A stretch of 57,231 nt of DNA from Octopus bimaculoides (Eukaryota), in NCBI RefSeq assembly GCF_001194135.2, contig NC_068999.1, forward strand, positions 16,904,417 through 16,961,647. Reading direction: 5' to 3'. Position 1 is the first letter of the stretch. The number at the start of each line of letters is the position of its first letter. The notes beneath the pieces were generated by a model. That model was not told the DNA's origin and did no database searches. It worked only from the letters and a program-made list of their open reading frames with translations. Below are positions 1 to 12,802 of the stretch, piece after piece. Made by a program: the position numbers and the translations under genes.

Positions 1-310
1 GCGTTGTGAGTGTTTATTGAGCGAAAACACCTAAAAGCTCCACGAGGCTCCGGCATGGGATGGTGGTGAACCCTGCTGTACTCTTTCACCGCAACTTTCT
101 CACACTCTTACTTCCTGTTTCTGCTGTGCCTGTAATTCAAAGGGTCAGCCTTGTCACACTGTGTCACGCTGAATATCCCCGAGAACTACGTGAAGGGTAC
201 ACGTGTCTGTGGAGTGCTCAGCCACTTGCAGGTTAATTTCACGAGCAGGCTGTTCCGTTGATCGGATCAACTGGAACCCTCGACGTCGTAAGCGACGGAG
301 TGCCAACAAC
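1..310 (+). mobile_element. 3' part of a SINE-like interspersed repeat, truncated by the window edge
   Basis: GC-richer non-coding island ending ...cgtcgtaagcgacggagtgccaacaac, then AT microsatellite. Resembles a recalled abundant octopus repeat tail; not verified by search. Confidence 0.55.
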
Positions 311-1061
311 CCGATATGCATTTATATATACATGTATATGCAGGTATGTACATATATGTATGTATACATTCATATGTTCATATATCATTTGTATTATATA
401 TATATTTATACATATATATACATGCATACATATAAAGTCATGTATTAGTCTGATTAGATCTATGATCAACTCTACCACTAATGTATGCTTCAATTAAGAA
501 GTTATGATTAGTGTAGCCTATCCAGATTTTATTTTCAGACACACTCTATGTCTGATTATATTATCCAATATGCCGCCTTTTAAACTTATAAATGGTGCTG
601 TGAAGTCGACTTGGCTGCTATTTCCGTTACTCGAAGAAAAAAAAATAAGATCATGCTTCCTGACCTTTGTGTGTGCGCAAATTTAATTTATGTGCATACG
701 TGTGTACGATTGTGTATGTGTATAAGTATGACTGTGTTATTGCATGTGTGTATGCGTGTATGTCACGCCAACTTGCAATGTGCAAATATAAGAATAAGTC
801 AAAAGTCAATTTCGCTGATTTTAAACATTTCTTTACAAAATACAAACTTGATTAGAATAAAGGAAATATTTGAAAGGAATTCTAATTGCGAGATTTAGAA
901 CAACCAATATTACGCCCTGCAGCTATAGATCCGAAAACGCTAGATCTATACCAAGAAAATTTGATAAGCAAACAATGGGATATTATCATAAAAATCTTGA
1001 ATTTAGAACGTTATCATATTTTGACTGGCAATGTACAACATTCCTATAGACAAAATGATAT

Positions 1062-1093
<32 letters not shown>

Positions 1094-3859
1094 ATGTATG
1101 TGAGTTTGTGTAAATCTATCTATCTATCTATCTATCTAGCTCTCCATGTATATATGTGTGCAGGTGTATATATATATATAAATATATATATATANNNNNN
1201 NNNNNNNNNNNNNNNNNNNNNNNNNNNNNNNNNNNNNNNNNNNNNNNNNNNNNNNNNNNNNNNNNNNNNNNNNNNNNNNNNNNNNNNNNNNNNNNNNNNN
1301 NNNNNNNNNNNNNNNNNNNNNNNNNNNNNNNNNNNNNNNNNNNNNNNNNNNNNNNNNNNNNNNNNNNNNNNNNNNNNNNNNNNNNNNNNNNNNNNNNNNN
1401 NNNNNNNNNNNNNNNNNNNNNNNNNNNNNNNNNNNNNNNNNNNNNNNNNNNNNNNNNNNNNNNNNNNNNNNNNNNNNNNNNNNNNNNNNNNNNNNNNNNN
1501 NNNNNNNNNNNNNNNNNNNNNNNNNNNNNNNNNNNNNNNNNNNNNNNNNNNNNNNNNNNNNNNNNNNNNNNNNNNNNNNNNNNNNNNNNNNNNNNNNNNN
1601 NNNNNNNNNNNNNNNNNNNNNNNNNNNNNNNNNNNNNNNNNNNNNNNNNNNNNNNNNNNNNNNNNNNNNNNNNNNNNNNNNNNNNNNNNNNNNNNNNNNN
1701 NNNNNNNNNNNNNNNNNNNNNNNNNNNNNNNNNNNNNNNNNNNNNNNNNNNNNNNNNNNNNNNNNNNNNNNNNNNNNNNNNNNNNNNNNNNNNNNNNNNN
1801 NNNNNNNNNNNNNNNNNNNNNNNNNNNNNNNNNNNNNNNNNNNNNNNNNNNNNNNNNNNNNNNNNNNNNNNNNNNNNNNNNNNNNNNNNNNNNNNNNNNN
1901 NNNNNNNNNNNNNNNNNNNNNNNNNNNNNNNNNNNNNNNNATATATATTTTTTTTTTTTATATGTATATATATATATATATATCAGTCAGCAATATTTGC
2001 TCTGTACTTGCGTAATTTATATTTATTACTGTTGGTTTTCGGTAGATCATTATTATTATTATTATTGTTATTATTATTACTATTATTATTATTATTATTA
2101 TTAGGAGCAGTAAAACTTTATTATCATTACTAGTAACGATATTGCTAATAGTATTATCATAAATATTATACAAATATTATTATTAATAATAATAATAGTG
2201 ATACAACAACGAGTATGATAAAAATGATAATGTTAATAATAATATTTGTATTATAAGTATTGTCCTTATGTCAAGGTAATTGCTCGTTATTACGAGTAGC
2301 AATCGCTGCAGTATTAATATTTATATTTATATTTCTCGCCTTAATTGATATAATTGAAGTTTCTATCGATAACTCACATCCCCTAAAGAATAGTATGATG
2401 AAATACAAAAATCTTAGGTTTAAATTGAAGTTTATTTAGCTGCATCACTGTGTTATTTTGAATAGCTGAATAAATAAAATGTTTGTCTTTGAAAGGTGCT
2501 TTCTCTTATGTTGACATGTTGTGCATGCGTGCGGCATGTGTGGATGAGGGAACCTTGAAAAAGGGCATCAAAGTTAATGAGAATTTGCAAAGAATCTTGT
2601 TTATAGAGTGTTTATATGTAAAGAATACGTGTAGATTATCACTGATACGAAACATTAAATTAATAATAGCAGATAAATATAAAAAGCACATTCCGTCTTC
2701 ACATCCCAAATAATAATAATGCTTAAACTAATAATTTGGATCATCACAAAAAAACATTTATTTTTTTCATACGTTTATTTTGATACTATTATTTTTAACA
2801 TTGGGTTATGAAACGGTATATACTGTAAAAGGCGAAAAATAGTAACACTGGATATATAGTTACGTCCCTTGGCAGTTTGATTCTAAATCCTGCCGAATTT
2901 CTTTCTTGGTTTAATACTTCAAAGTTTCAAAAGTGCTTGCCAGTCAAATAAGTGCTAATGTACTATAATCCGTTGCCCCCGCCTTCTAAAAAGAACGAAA
3001 AAGAAAAAAAAACTTTGGATTTGAGCCAAGGATAAAAATAATCTGCATTATTAATTATATCTCTTGTCGATAAAGCGAAGGAAGCTATATTTTTAGATTT
3101 ACAAAGAGCCGTTTTCTCGACTTTTTTATGGATGCTTCGAAAGAAGCTATTTGAGTATTTACTCCATAATGTTTCTGTCTTTACACCATATTCTCTTGAA
3201 GAGCTACGCTCATGTTTATTGCTGTAAACGTTAAACATGACGTGGGAGAAGTTTGTTTATAATATAACTCATCCCTATCTCAAATTTATATTGTGCTTAA
3301 CTTAGTTGACAACGCCAAAATTAAATAACTTATTTCATTAGTTATTTATTCTCTCTCCCTATCATCATATGCGATAATTTTGCTTCCTTTATATTGTCTA
3401 TATTCACAAAGGAATGATAAGAACTATGTTGCTTTGGAATAACAGTTTGTGGAAAGTGTGGTAAATCCTTCTTTTTTTTTTTCTCCAATGTGAATCAGAT
3501 TTGCTTCCAGCTTCCAGTATTTATGTTCTTACACAACCATGCCTTTAATTCTGTGCTTAATTTAAGCCCTTATATTTCATTTTAATCTCTTATGACTTCA
3601 TTTATACATTGTATAATAAGTGGCTTCACATACTTTTCTAGGTTTTAAATGTGCTAAATAACAGGTTGGATTCTGTCTATTTATAATTAGACAATTGGTG
3701 TTAGAATCTTGAATTCTTACGCGATCATTAGTAGGAATTATGTCTCTTTCTCCAGTACTCTTACCTTTCATCTCTCAATGTATCTTCAGACATTTTCTCT
3801 CAAACTCTCTTTCTTTTTATATTTTTTGACATTACTCTCTCAAGATCTTTGCCATTTCC

Positions 3860-4260
3860 ATTTCTCTGGCTTTCCGAGAAGCGTGCGCTACATTACTGTT
3901 TCTTTAATTTGTAATTGGTTCTATATTCATAACGTAATACTACTTTTGTTTCCTACTTGTTTGAAACTCTCCTCTGATATCCAGTTATCCATCGATTTCT
4001 TCAATATGTTCTTTATATTGGAAGCTGTCCTTATACCATAAATACACAGTTTATATACTGGAAATTCATTTCAGCATTTTTCGATCTGTATCATAACTTT
4101 CTATTCGTGTACTTGTCAGTTTCCGTTCGCCGTGAAGCTAGTACCTCCTAGCCTAATGGAATTATTCTTTTAGATGATTCTACTTATGCTATTCATGATT
4201 GCGGGACAGATCCTGGTTGTTAACACATTCCAAATGCCTCTGTCCATTTGCTCCATTTAA
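3860..4260 (-). mobile_element. Possible highly decayed RTE-type LINE remnant
   Basis: Minus strand gives GIWNVLT (like the APE endonuclease start GTWNVRT), LGGTSFTANGN (like LGISEVRWTGNG) and WISEESFKQV (like the EN-RT linker). Many stops and frameshifts. Confidence 0.3.
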
Positions 4261-4790
4261 GATATATCTGGCTGAGGACGACTCCAGAATATTACAATTC
4301 TGGTATTACGCAGGTATGTGTAAATTTAATAATGCTTCTATCACTTAAGTTTCTTTATAATATATTTATGAATCTTACCCTTCTCAGTTCTTTAATTTTC
4401 TATTTCGCTTTGTCATGTTTCAACCACTCTTCTTAAGTAAATTTATATATTTATAACATTCATCCGTTCTCCGTGACCTTATTCTGAACTTATTTAGAAA
4501 AGTAATTCTCTTACGTATTCTTCTTTAGCAATGCACGAGTAACATACTTATCAATACAAATGCGTATCTTAGTAAGTTTACTGTAATTTTCAACTTAACA
4601 TTTCAAAGAATATAACATCTTGGCTCATTGCCCTTAAAGTAGGAATTAATATATACTTATCACAACCTCCTTCATCCAAGGGAAACACTGATGTAAAACC
4701 TGCGGTTTCACGTGATTGCTGTTCCACTCACTTTGGCATGTCTTTAAACACTAATCTTTTGAGATGATAATTTATTTTGAAACGCAGAAA

Positions 4791-4975
4791 CATCGTAAGA
4801 ACAGCAGTAATACTGGGTAAATTACACATACAAAGCGAAAAATTTGTCAAGCAAATAGCTATGGGACTCGAACCCACATCTCGTAAAGACTCCAAGTCCC
4901 ATGGGTGTTTCTTGGCGAATTTTTTCGCTCTTTAATGGTAATTTACCCAATATTTCTGCTGCTTTAACGGCGATC
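4791..4975. mobile_element. Foldback/MITE-like element with ~78-bp imperfect inverted arms
   Basis: 4791-4868 (cagcagtaatactgggtaaattac...gcgaaaaatt...atgggact) matches the reverse complement of 4895-4975 (cagcagaaatattgggtaaattac...gcgaaaaaaatt...atgggact). Confidence 0.7.
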
Positions 4976-5749
4976 CTTTGTCTGAAAATAAATTTTCATC
5001 TTATTTCTATCTTACAATACACATTTCCACGCTATAAAAAAAAATGCTAGTTTGTTTATACTAATCTTGTTCATCGTTTGTTATTCCACCTATTGAATAT
5101 GGGGGTGGATTTGTGGTGAAGTGTGCATGCATAACTAGGTGGAAGCGCATAGTTATGAGGTAGCAGATTCGATTAGTCATCTGAGCGGTCAAAGAGGAAT
5201 AGTCAGATATTGCATTCATAAAGAGAAGCGACAAAGAGACGGAAATATCTGTGAAGGTCGAGCTATTGACGTGTGTGTATATAAGCTAAGCATGAAGATG
5301 TTAGTTGCTGCGACACACTGAATTTTCCAAATCACGTAATAAAATCCATAAGCTACAAATATACTACGGGAATCTTTTTTAAGTAGGCGTTTATTTATCC
5401 GTGTGTTTGCTTAGATATCAATAATGTGATAAGCGAACATCTACCTTAAGCTACATGAACCGAAAAAGCGCTGCTGGTTATGTTCAGAAACAAGGATCAT
5501 CCGCGTGTCAGCTTACGATAGTCGAAATGTGAAAAATGGCGAGGTATATATGTTAATCAAGTGTGAATTTACTATCTACAAATACATGCACGAACTCGCT
5601 TGGTCAGACGCGCACATACTCAGTCACGCACACACTTATATATCTATATGTATGTATGTATCTATGTATGTGTGTGTATGTATATATGTATGTATGTATG
5701 TGTGTATGTATGTATCTATCTATATACTCTTTTACTCTTTTACTTTTAC

Positions 5750-5838
5750 TTGTTTCAGTCATTTGACTGTGCCCATGCTAGTACTTATTCTATCGGAATC
5801 TTTTGCCAAACCGCTAAGTTACGGGGACGTAAACACAC
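5750..5838 (-). mobile_element. tRNA-derived SINE family B, 3' fragment cut by a gap
   Basis: Matches the reverse complement of the 3' half of the 19515-19912 copy (ttcagtcatt.gactg, ccgctaagtt, ggacgtaaa). Confidence 0.7.
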
Positions 5839-7383
5839 NNNNNNNNNNNNNNNNNNNNNNNNNNNNNNNNNNNNNNNNNNNNNNNNNNNNNNNNNNNNNN
5901 NNNNNNNNNNNNNNNNNNNNNNNNNNNNNNNNNNNNNNNNNNNNNNNNNNNNNNNNNNNNNNNNNNNNNNNNNNNNNNNNNNNNNNNNNNNNNNNNNNNN
6001 NNNNNNNNNNNNNNNNNNNNNNNNNNNNNNNNNNNNNNNNNNNNNNNNNNNNNNNNNNNNNNNNNNNNNNNNNNNNNNNNNNNNNNNNNNNNNNNNNNNN
6101 NNNNNNNNNNNNNNNNNNNNNNNNNNNNNNNNNNNNNNNNNNNNNNNNNNNNNNNNNNNNNNNNNNNNNNNNNNNNNNNNNNNNNNNNNNNNNNNNNNNN
6201 NNNNNNNNNNNNNNNNNNNNNNNNNNNNNNNNNNNNNNNNNNNNNNNNNNNNNNNNNNNNNNNNNNNNNNNNNNNNNNNNNNNNNNNNNNNNNNNNNNNN
6301 NNNNNNNNNNNNNNNNNNNNNNNNNNNNNNNNNNNNNNNNNNNNNNNNNNNNNNNNNNNNNNNNNNNNNNNNNNNNNNNNNNNNNNNNNNNNNNNNNNNN
6401 NNNNNNNATATATATATATATCATAAAATATGATAAATTTTGTATGTTCGGACTTACAGACATACATATACATTTGTGTGTGTGTGTGTGTGTGTGTGTG
6501 AGTGTGTGTGTGCGTGTGTGTGGGGAAACTTCCAATGGCACCGTGAATTATTTTGGAGATTTATCAAAAATGCCATATGTAAGTAAAGAAAATGCTTCTG
6601 TTCAGTTTTAGTGATATAACAATCAGCAGGTTATTTTTAAAGATGGGACGACCGTGCCAATTCATTAATTAAGAAGAGAGAGGAAATATACATAACTGTC
6701 AAACTGTAAAAAACAAAAAAAGATGGATATAATTCTGTTACTAGAAGTGATTTAAAGGATGTTATAAACAAGAACATTTTAAAGGTTGTGCAAGACTCAC
6801 GAAGCGCCGATCCTGTGGCATAGCTTAGAATACATTGCACACTTAAATTCTGTGTACATCAATCAATCACATAAGAGTACGTTATTTACATTATTGGGGA
6901 AATAGAAAACTTTTTTTTTTCTCAAGAATAGCGACCACATTTATCAGTGAGATTATTTTTGGTGCATAACGATGTCGTGTATATTCATAAATGCTCGTCT
7001 GGTCATTTGCACTGCATAAGTGCTTTTAGCTGTGTTGGAAAAAAAAAGAGAAAAAAAGAAAAAAAAAAAGTAGTACTAGTTTGAATTATTATCCATTTAC
7101 CAGAGACCGTATAGAAGGGTACGGCTATTTGCAACGATTTCTTTTGTACATAACAGCCTATGCGCATTAGCTACGGGTATAAACGTATTCTCTGGTATTC
7201 AAAATCACCAATAAAAGACACGGAATGAATCGTGAAATATGTAGTGTTTCTCTCAGCTTAACGTATTGAAATTAATTGTATTTACTGCATATCAAGACAA
7301 CATACATGAATCATTATAATCCGATTATTATCATCATAATCATCACCATTATCATCATCGTCGTCGTTGTCGTCGTCGCCATC

Positions 7384-7385
<2 letters not shown>

Positions 7386-7457
<72 letters not shown>

Positions 7458-7470
7458 CATCATCATTATT
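7386..7470. repeat. (ATT)n microsatellite at the 3' end of a Dong-like element
   Basis: Direct sequence. Confidence 0.95.
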
Positions 7471-7800
7471 GTTATGACATGAAAGCACACGGCATATTTT
7501 GCTAGTTATGATGGAAAGTGTCAGCTGCTTAAAGTCAACAGACTAACGGAACACTTGTTTACTGGTCATGCTTCAAGAACCCTACGAAGAATTCTTGCAG
7601 TTCCAAGCCATGCTGATTTTGTAGGTGTTCCACCTTCACACTTGCACCTATCTTTTTTCAGCCATGTTGGTAGTTGAGTGCTGATACTCCCAAGTGCACC
7701 AGTTACTATTGATATCACGACTACTCTCTTCATTGACCACAACCTTCGTATTTCTTACAATTGGTATCGCGTCTACTCTACTATTGGTATCACGTCTGTC
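7471..7800 (-). mobile_element. R4/Dong-clade non-LTR retrotransposon, 3' end (RLE C-terminus plus 3'UTR)
   Basis: Minus strand reads RLWSMKRVVVISIVTGALGSISTQLPTWLKK, then after a frameshift ...SAWLGTARILRRVLEA*. This matches the clade's C-terminal IPVVVGALG...LGTARILRKVL motif. (AAT)n lies on both sides on the sense strand. Confidence 0.82.
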
Positions 7801-7826
7801 ATTATTATTATCATTATTATTATTAT

Positions 7827-8335
7827 GCAGTAAACTTATTTTTATCACGTGCTTTCACTACACTACCGACCGCAGATCCGTGTGCAATGAGTATTTGCTG
7901 TGATTTGTTGTAGTATTCATATTTTCACTCTATTGAAAATGCTTTAAGTAGGATATCCGCGGTACCTACTAGTGCTATTTTCTGTATGTTATATACATTA
8001 GCAATTCCTTGTGTTTTAGTTATGTATTTGACCGAATACCTTTTAATTATACCTAATGCAGGATTGTTTCTATTATTCTATAAGGGTTGTTTCTATTTTT
8101 AGGCTCCACAATCGAAATACCTCTATTTCCATATTTTCGCATTTTGGGAGTTTATCCGTGTCTTTGAGAGATACATTGTCTTCTATTGGTATTGATACAT
8201 TGGTTAGAAAGCATTTCCTCTCTTGGTTGTCTGTGATAACTATACCCGGTCTATTAAACTGGATTTCTCTATCTGTGTGTATTGGCATATCACTATGCGT
8301 TTGGGCATCTATATACCTATCACGAGTAAATTAAG
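7827..8335 (-). mobile_element. R4/Dong-clade non-LTR retrotransposon, 3' fragment with the restriction-like endonuclease domain
   Basis: MPIHTDREIQFNRPGIVITDNQERKCFLTNVSIP...KLPKCENMEIEVFRLW is a decayed RPD..D..K-type RLE. It is followed by a QKIALVGTADILLKAFSIE*-like end (frameshifted), a 3'UTR and an (AAT)n tract at 7801-7826. Confidence 0.85.
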
Positions 8336-9586
8336 AAACAAATCGTCTGATTGTATTCACTTCGCTTATTGTAGTTTTTTATTCCACTTTGGGTTACATA
8401 TTGAGAGCTACGGACGTAGGTCCAACGCAATTAGAACCTTAGGAACCAGAGAGACTTTTATAAATATTCTTGCTTTTATAATTTGCATTGAAAGTGTAAG
8501 TCGTGTATATTGACAAATAGATCTCCAGTAGGAATTTCTGTCGAGAATATTTCGTTTTCTTTTTATTTGAATTCAGACATATTGCTCGAAAAACTACTTT
8601 ATGTGAATGAAACCGTTGGTATTTTTAGACAGCGATTCAGAATTTCAAGGAAATTCGGTTTTCTAATTTTATCAATTTGAGGAAATATAATTATGATGCT
8701 AACAACGATGAAGACGAAGCTGAGCAGAAATCGGAAGACGAGGAAGAAGAAGTGGAGAAGGAGGAGGAAGATGGACAAGAGAACGTATCAGAAACTTCCC
8801 TCAATACAATATCATTCCATTCCTCTCCTAGTGTAATATGTCTGTTTGAGTCTAAGAAATAAATCAATATGGAATTTACTTGAAATATGTTGTAGATGTA
8901 GTAACGTGGTGGCTATGTTTCAACACGAAACAATCAATCGCTTCTCTTCTTAGTTTATTTTATTGCGACCAAATTAATACTACGGATTTTGGAATTAGGT
9001 TAAGCTCCATCTGATAGCTTACGCAATTTAATGATTAAACAGAATCCTGCAAGTCTGTTGAAGAATTTAATTATGGAGAGCCGTCCAATTAATTACATTC
9101 AAGGCTGCAAATAATTGAGTTTCAATTTGCGATGTTGTTTTGTCGTTTTCATTTTGTTCTTAATTCAGGATAATATATAGTGACACAAGTCTAATTTTCA
9201 TTTTCCTAATCATTTATGAATCAAACTTCTTCATAAATGACTTTCTTATCAAACTGAAGTTATTTCTAAAAGCTTTTTACTGAGCGGAAATATGATAGAG
9301 TGACGCCCAACCTTTTGTTGGGAGCTTTCATGTGGTACATGATGTGAACTAATTAAAGGCATAGACTCATCTCGTCAAAATTTAACTAAGCTTTAACTAT
9401 TAGCTCACCACTACAATCAGATTACATTTTCCTCATCTGTTGAGGAAGAGAACATGAGATCATGTGACATGGGTCTCATCAGATATTATTAATTAAGATA
9501 TCTTCTTTCGTCTTTATAGAAAAGCCTGCTGAGAGACGCTCTCCACTGAGTTGTCAGTAATCGCGTATCAGGGTACAGCAGAGTTA

Positions 9587-9994
9587 CGAGGTTACATCAA
9601 AAGGTTCCTGGTCTAGTTATGTTTAATAAAACTTAACTTATTTACCTAAGGTTTAACATTACCACTTTCGAAATAGTCACTTTGCGCAGCAATACCTGTC
9701 CCAGCGTTCCTACCACTTTCGAATCTATAAGCGAGTCGAGGACATTCTGTGATTCGCTATAGACCTCGACAACGGTGTTAAAACAGCGACCTTTGAGCTG
9801 CATTTTCAATTTGGGGAAGAGAAAGAAGTCTGCAGGTAATGAATCTGGTGAACAGAGTGCGGAGAGTTCAGTAACATGATGCATTGCTTTCGTGAAGAAT
9901 CAAATTCTTCGTGCAACACAAATCTGGTCGCTTTCGCCGAATACCCTCCCTAAAATGGCTCAAAACAGCCCAGTAGAACTCTCAATTGACGGTC
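9587..9994 (-). mobile_element. mariner transposon, 3' fragment (transposase pseudogene plus one TIR)
   Basis: TVN*EFYWAVLSHFREGIRRKRPDL and CSPDSLPADFFLFPKLKMQLKGRCF match mariner YSPDLAPxDFxLFPKLK. Terminus TA|cgaggttacatcaaaaggttcctgg at 9585. Confidence 0.85.
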
Positions 9995-10089
9995 GTAATA
10001 ACGTGTCGCATAAAGTGAGATGGCTGCCACACGATTCTTGAAATGTTTGATATTCTACCGTTAAACCATTTATTTTACTTGCCGAATCC

Positions 10090-10514
10090 ATAGATATCGA
10101 TGATGTTAATGTCCTGATTTAACTGTTGCCAACTGACACCTCCTTGAAAAAACATTAAGAAGGATTTGGGTTCTGAGGCCTAATGTACTAGGTTAGAAGG
10201 ACTGGATGCAGTATTTAGTTCGACGTTTGTGTATTGGATACAAATAAAGTGAAAAGAGAAGGACGGTGAAGTGAATTACAATTCGAAACTGGAAGTAGAA
10301 CGAGATCAGATATTTCCGATGAATAGATGTCATCAAAGTACCAGTAGAAATGGCAGCAAGCAACTGTACGGCTGCAGGACAAGGGCTGGGTCATGTGTAT
10401 GCATGATTTTATGCCAATTAATCGAGTTTCCGTTCGCTGGATGTGATCTGGAATATTTGTATGTGAGTTAGGAATGTTCCAGACATGAAAGTAATATTCC
10501 ATTATTGACCTCAC
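10090..10514 (-). mobile_element. CR1/L2/Jockey-group LINE, RT C-terminal remnant
   Basis: RSIMEYYFHVW...DHIQRTETRLIG...FYWYFDDIYSSEISDLV...RTKYCIQSF matches the RPxxEY..W...lerIQRRAxRxI...FY.Y....SF pattern downstream of RT. Confidence 0.65.
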
Positions 10515-11939
10515 AAGAGTATATGCATTATATTATATATGCATATACGTACATACTGATACTTAAAGACTCGTGTGTTACTTATCTACGTCTATTTATA
10601 TTCTACGTTATAATACCAGTTTCTATAGTCATTCATGTTTTAGAGAGTCATTGATAAAACACATAGTACAATCGATTGCATTGACTGATGCTTCCATATA
10701 TTTTTGGCACGGTATAACATTTTATATATGTATATGTGATAAATAGATATAATGGTGAGTGCTCTTTAGAAATTTCTGATTTTTCCACGAGACAAAGTCT
10801 CAGCTTGTTTCCATTGTTCTTCTATTGTTCATGAGTAATTTTTACAATACGAAGTTCCTTCCTTACAGCTATAATCTTACTTGTAAATGTATGACCTTTA
10901 CGTCTCCCATATCGTCTTTCATAACATCTGGGGATTTTTATGACTAGAATGTATGAAATGAATATTATACTATAATACAATACAATAAACAGCAACTGAC
11001 ATTGCAACTGGGAATTATGTAAGTATAATGTCTCGATTTCTTCAGGAAAAGTACCCAAAGTAATGGAAACATTGGAAACTAAGTTGAATAACTCCCAGTT
11101 AGATAGTATGAATTGTTAATTTGTTTTCATTTTCTGTTATAATACACACCGTGAGTATTGAGGCTTGAATAATTATGTTACTTATTTGTAAACTACTACA
11201 AAGAAACTTTTATATAGCTGTTATAAAAAAAGATCGATCTCGTAAAAACTTAATTAACCACGACTGAGTTCCACTTCGTTTTTTTTTTCTTTTCTCTTCT
11301 TTTTTTTCTTTCTTTTTTTTTGACACAACTCCACTTATATCCTTAATGACTTTCTTGAAACTTTAAGAGAGCATTAAGATATTTCTACAGTTGAAAAAGA
11401 CATGGGAAATCAAAGGTGGTATATACGTGATGTGCATATGATCTGTCATGCAGTGAATTGACAGATTCGATAGAGCACGACGAAACACATTGTGACATAT
11501 GTTCTTGCTCTTTACGGGTCGTTTTTTAAAATTACGATGAAGCCAGCAGTATATTGTGTCCTTCTGGGCTGGATAATATAAATTACCCGCCAAAGTGTTG
11601 ATAATTCATATTACCACATCTCTGAGATACTGTATCGAAGGTGAAGCATATGATGCAGTGTTTTTAGGTATCTAAATCAGTTTTTGAATATTAGTGATAA
11701 CATTTTAATCCCAGTGGTGTCACTAACGTACATTAGGTAAGATTTGGGCAATAAAATGCTATTTATTAGCTCATATACTTTCGGAATTTTTGACGAGTGA
11801 AAAGAAACATAATTTGCAAAGGATTACGCTTGAATGCGTAGTTTCTAACTTGAAAATCAGCCGTTTTTTAATTATTTTAATGTTCACAGTATGTGAATAT
11901 ATATTTCACTAGTAGATAATATTAATTTCAAATTTTAAC

Positions 11940-12122
11940 ACAAGGACAACAAGGTCGGGAGAGGCCATTAGTCAATTACATCGACCCCAGTACTCAACTG
12001 CTTCTTATTCGCCAGACTCTGAAAAAATGAAAGGTAGCATTTGAACTCAGAACGTAAAGACGAACAAAATGCCGCTTAGCATGTTGTACGACGTGATAAC
12101 TACTATGCCAGCTCACTGCCTT
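11940..12122 (-). mobile_element. tRNA-derived SINE family A
   Basis: Shares attacatcgaccccagtactcaactg and tttgaactcagaacgtaaagac with the other family-A copies. B-box GAGTTCAAAT on the minus strand. Confidence 0.8.
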
Positions 12123-12597
12123 TAGTAGGTAAGATATTGAAACCATTATAGTCTTGCTAGTTTGTGTATATGTGTGTGTCAGTGACTGATTGAGTGCGTG
12201 TGGGTGTGTGTTTGCATTTATCGGAAATTTCTTATCCCCATACTCCAAGACAGTTGAAGAGGGTAGGTCAAAGAAATTGATTAATACTGAATTTTCAGTG
12301 CATATAAACTATACAAAAGCCCGAACACTTATAATGGAGCCATTGTGCAGGCGAGGTTCAGACTGGATACAGAATAGCTAGGCCTACTTATCTCCAGCTC
12401 TCAAGGCTTGACGAAAGAGTTAAGTATCATTTAAGAAGAAATATAGTTCTTTCCATTTCTGTATTTTTTTTGTATCATGTCGTTTATTATACCAGATAAA
12501 ATCTAGATATTTTGCATGGTAAAAAAATTGCTATTTTGAAGTTATCTATAGTCCTTCATATTCTCTCATCAAGCAGATCGAATGTCATAATGGTTTA

Positions 12598-12802
12598 GAA
12601 TTTTGGCACAAGCCCAGCAATTTAGCGGGGAGAGGTAAATGGATTAGATCGACCCCAGTGCTGAACTGGTACTTCTTTTCTCAACTTCGAAACAATGAAA
12701 GGAGAAATCGACATCGGCAGAATTGACACTCAAAGCGTAAAGACTGACAAAATGCTGCTAAGCATTCCGCTCGACGTGCTAACGATTCAGTCAGTTCGCC
12801 GC
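12598..12802 (-). mobile_element. tRNA-derived SINE family A
   Basis: ggcacaag...gatcgaccccagtgctgaactggtact...gcgtaaagac...gtgctaacgatt...cgccgcc; full-length and decayed. Confidence 0.8.

Noticed and set aside
886-1050. Short frame LIARFRTTN...IPR resembling a LINE post-RT segment
   Set aside because: Only a few residues match the pattern and the expected Cys/His motif is absent; too weak to list.
4174-4313. Apparent signal-peptide exon MILLMLFMIAGQILVVNT with a CAG/GTATGT donor
   Set aside because: All three frames from the acceptor hit stops, and the opposite strand fits a decayed RTE endonuclease start about as well.
8677-8862. Acidic 61-aa ORF
   Set aside because: Derived from GAA/GAG low-complexity sequence; no convincing splice or start context.
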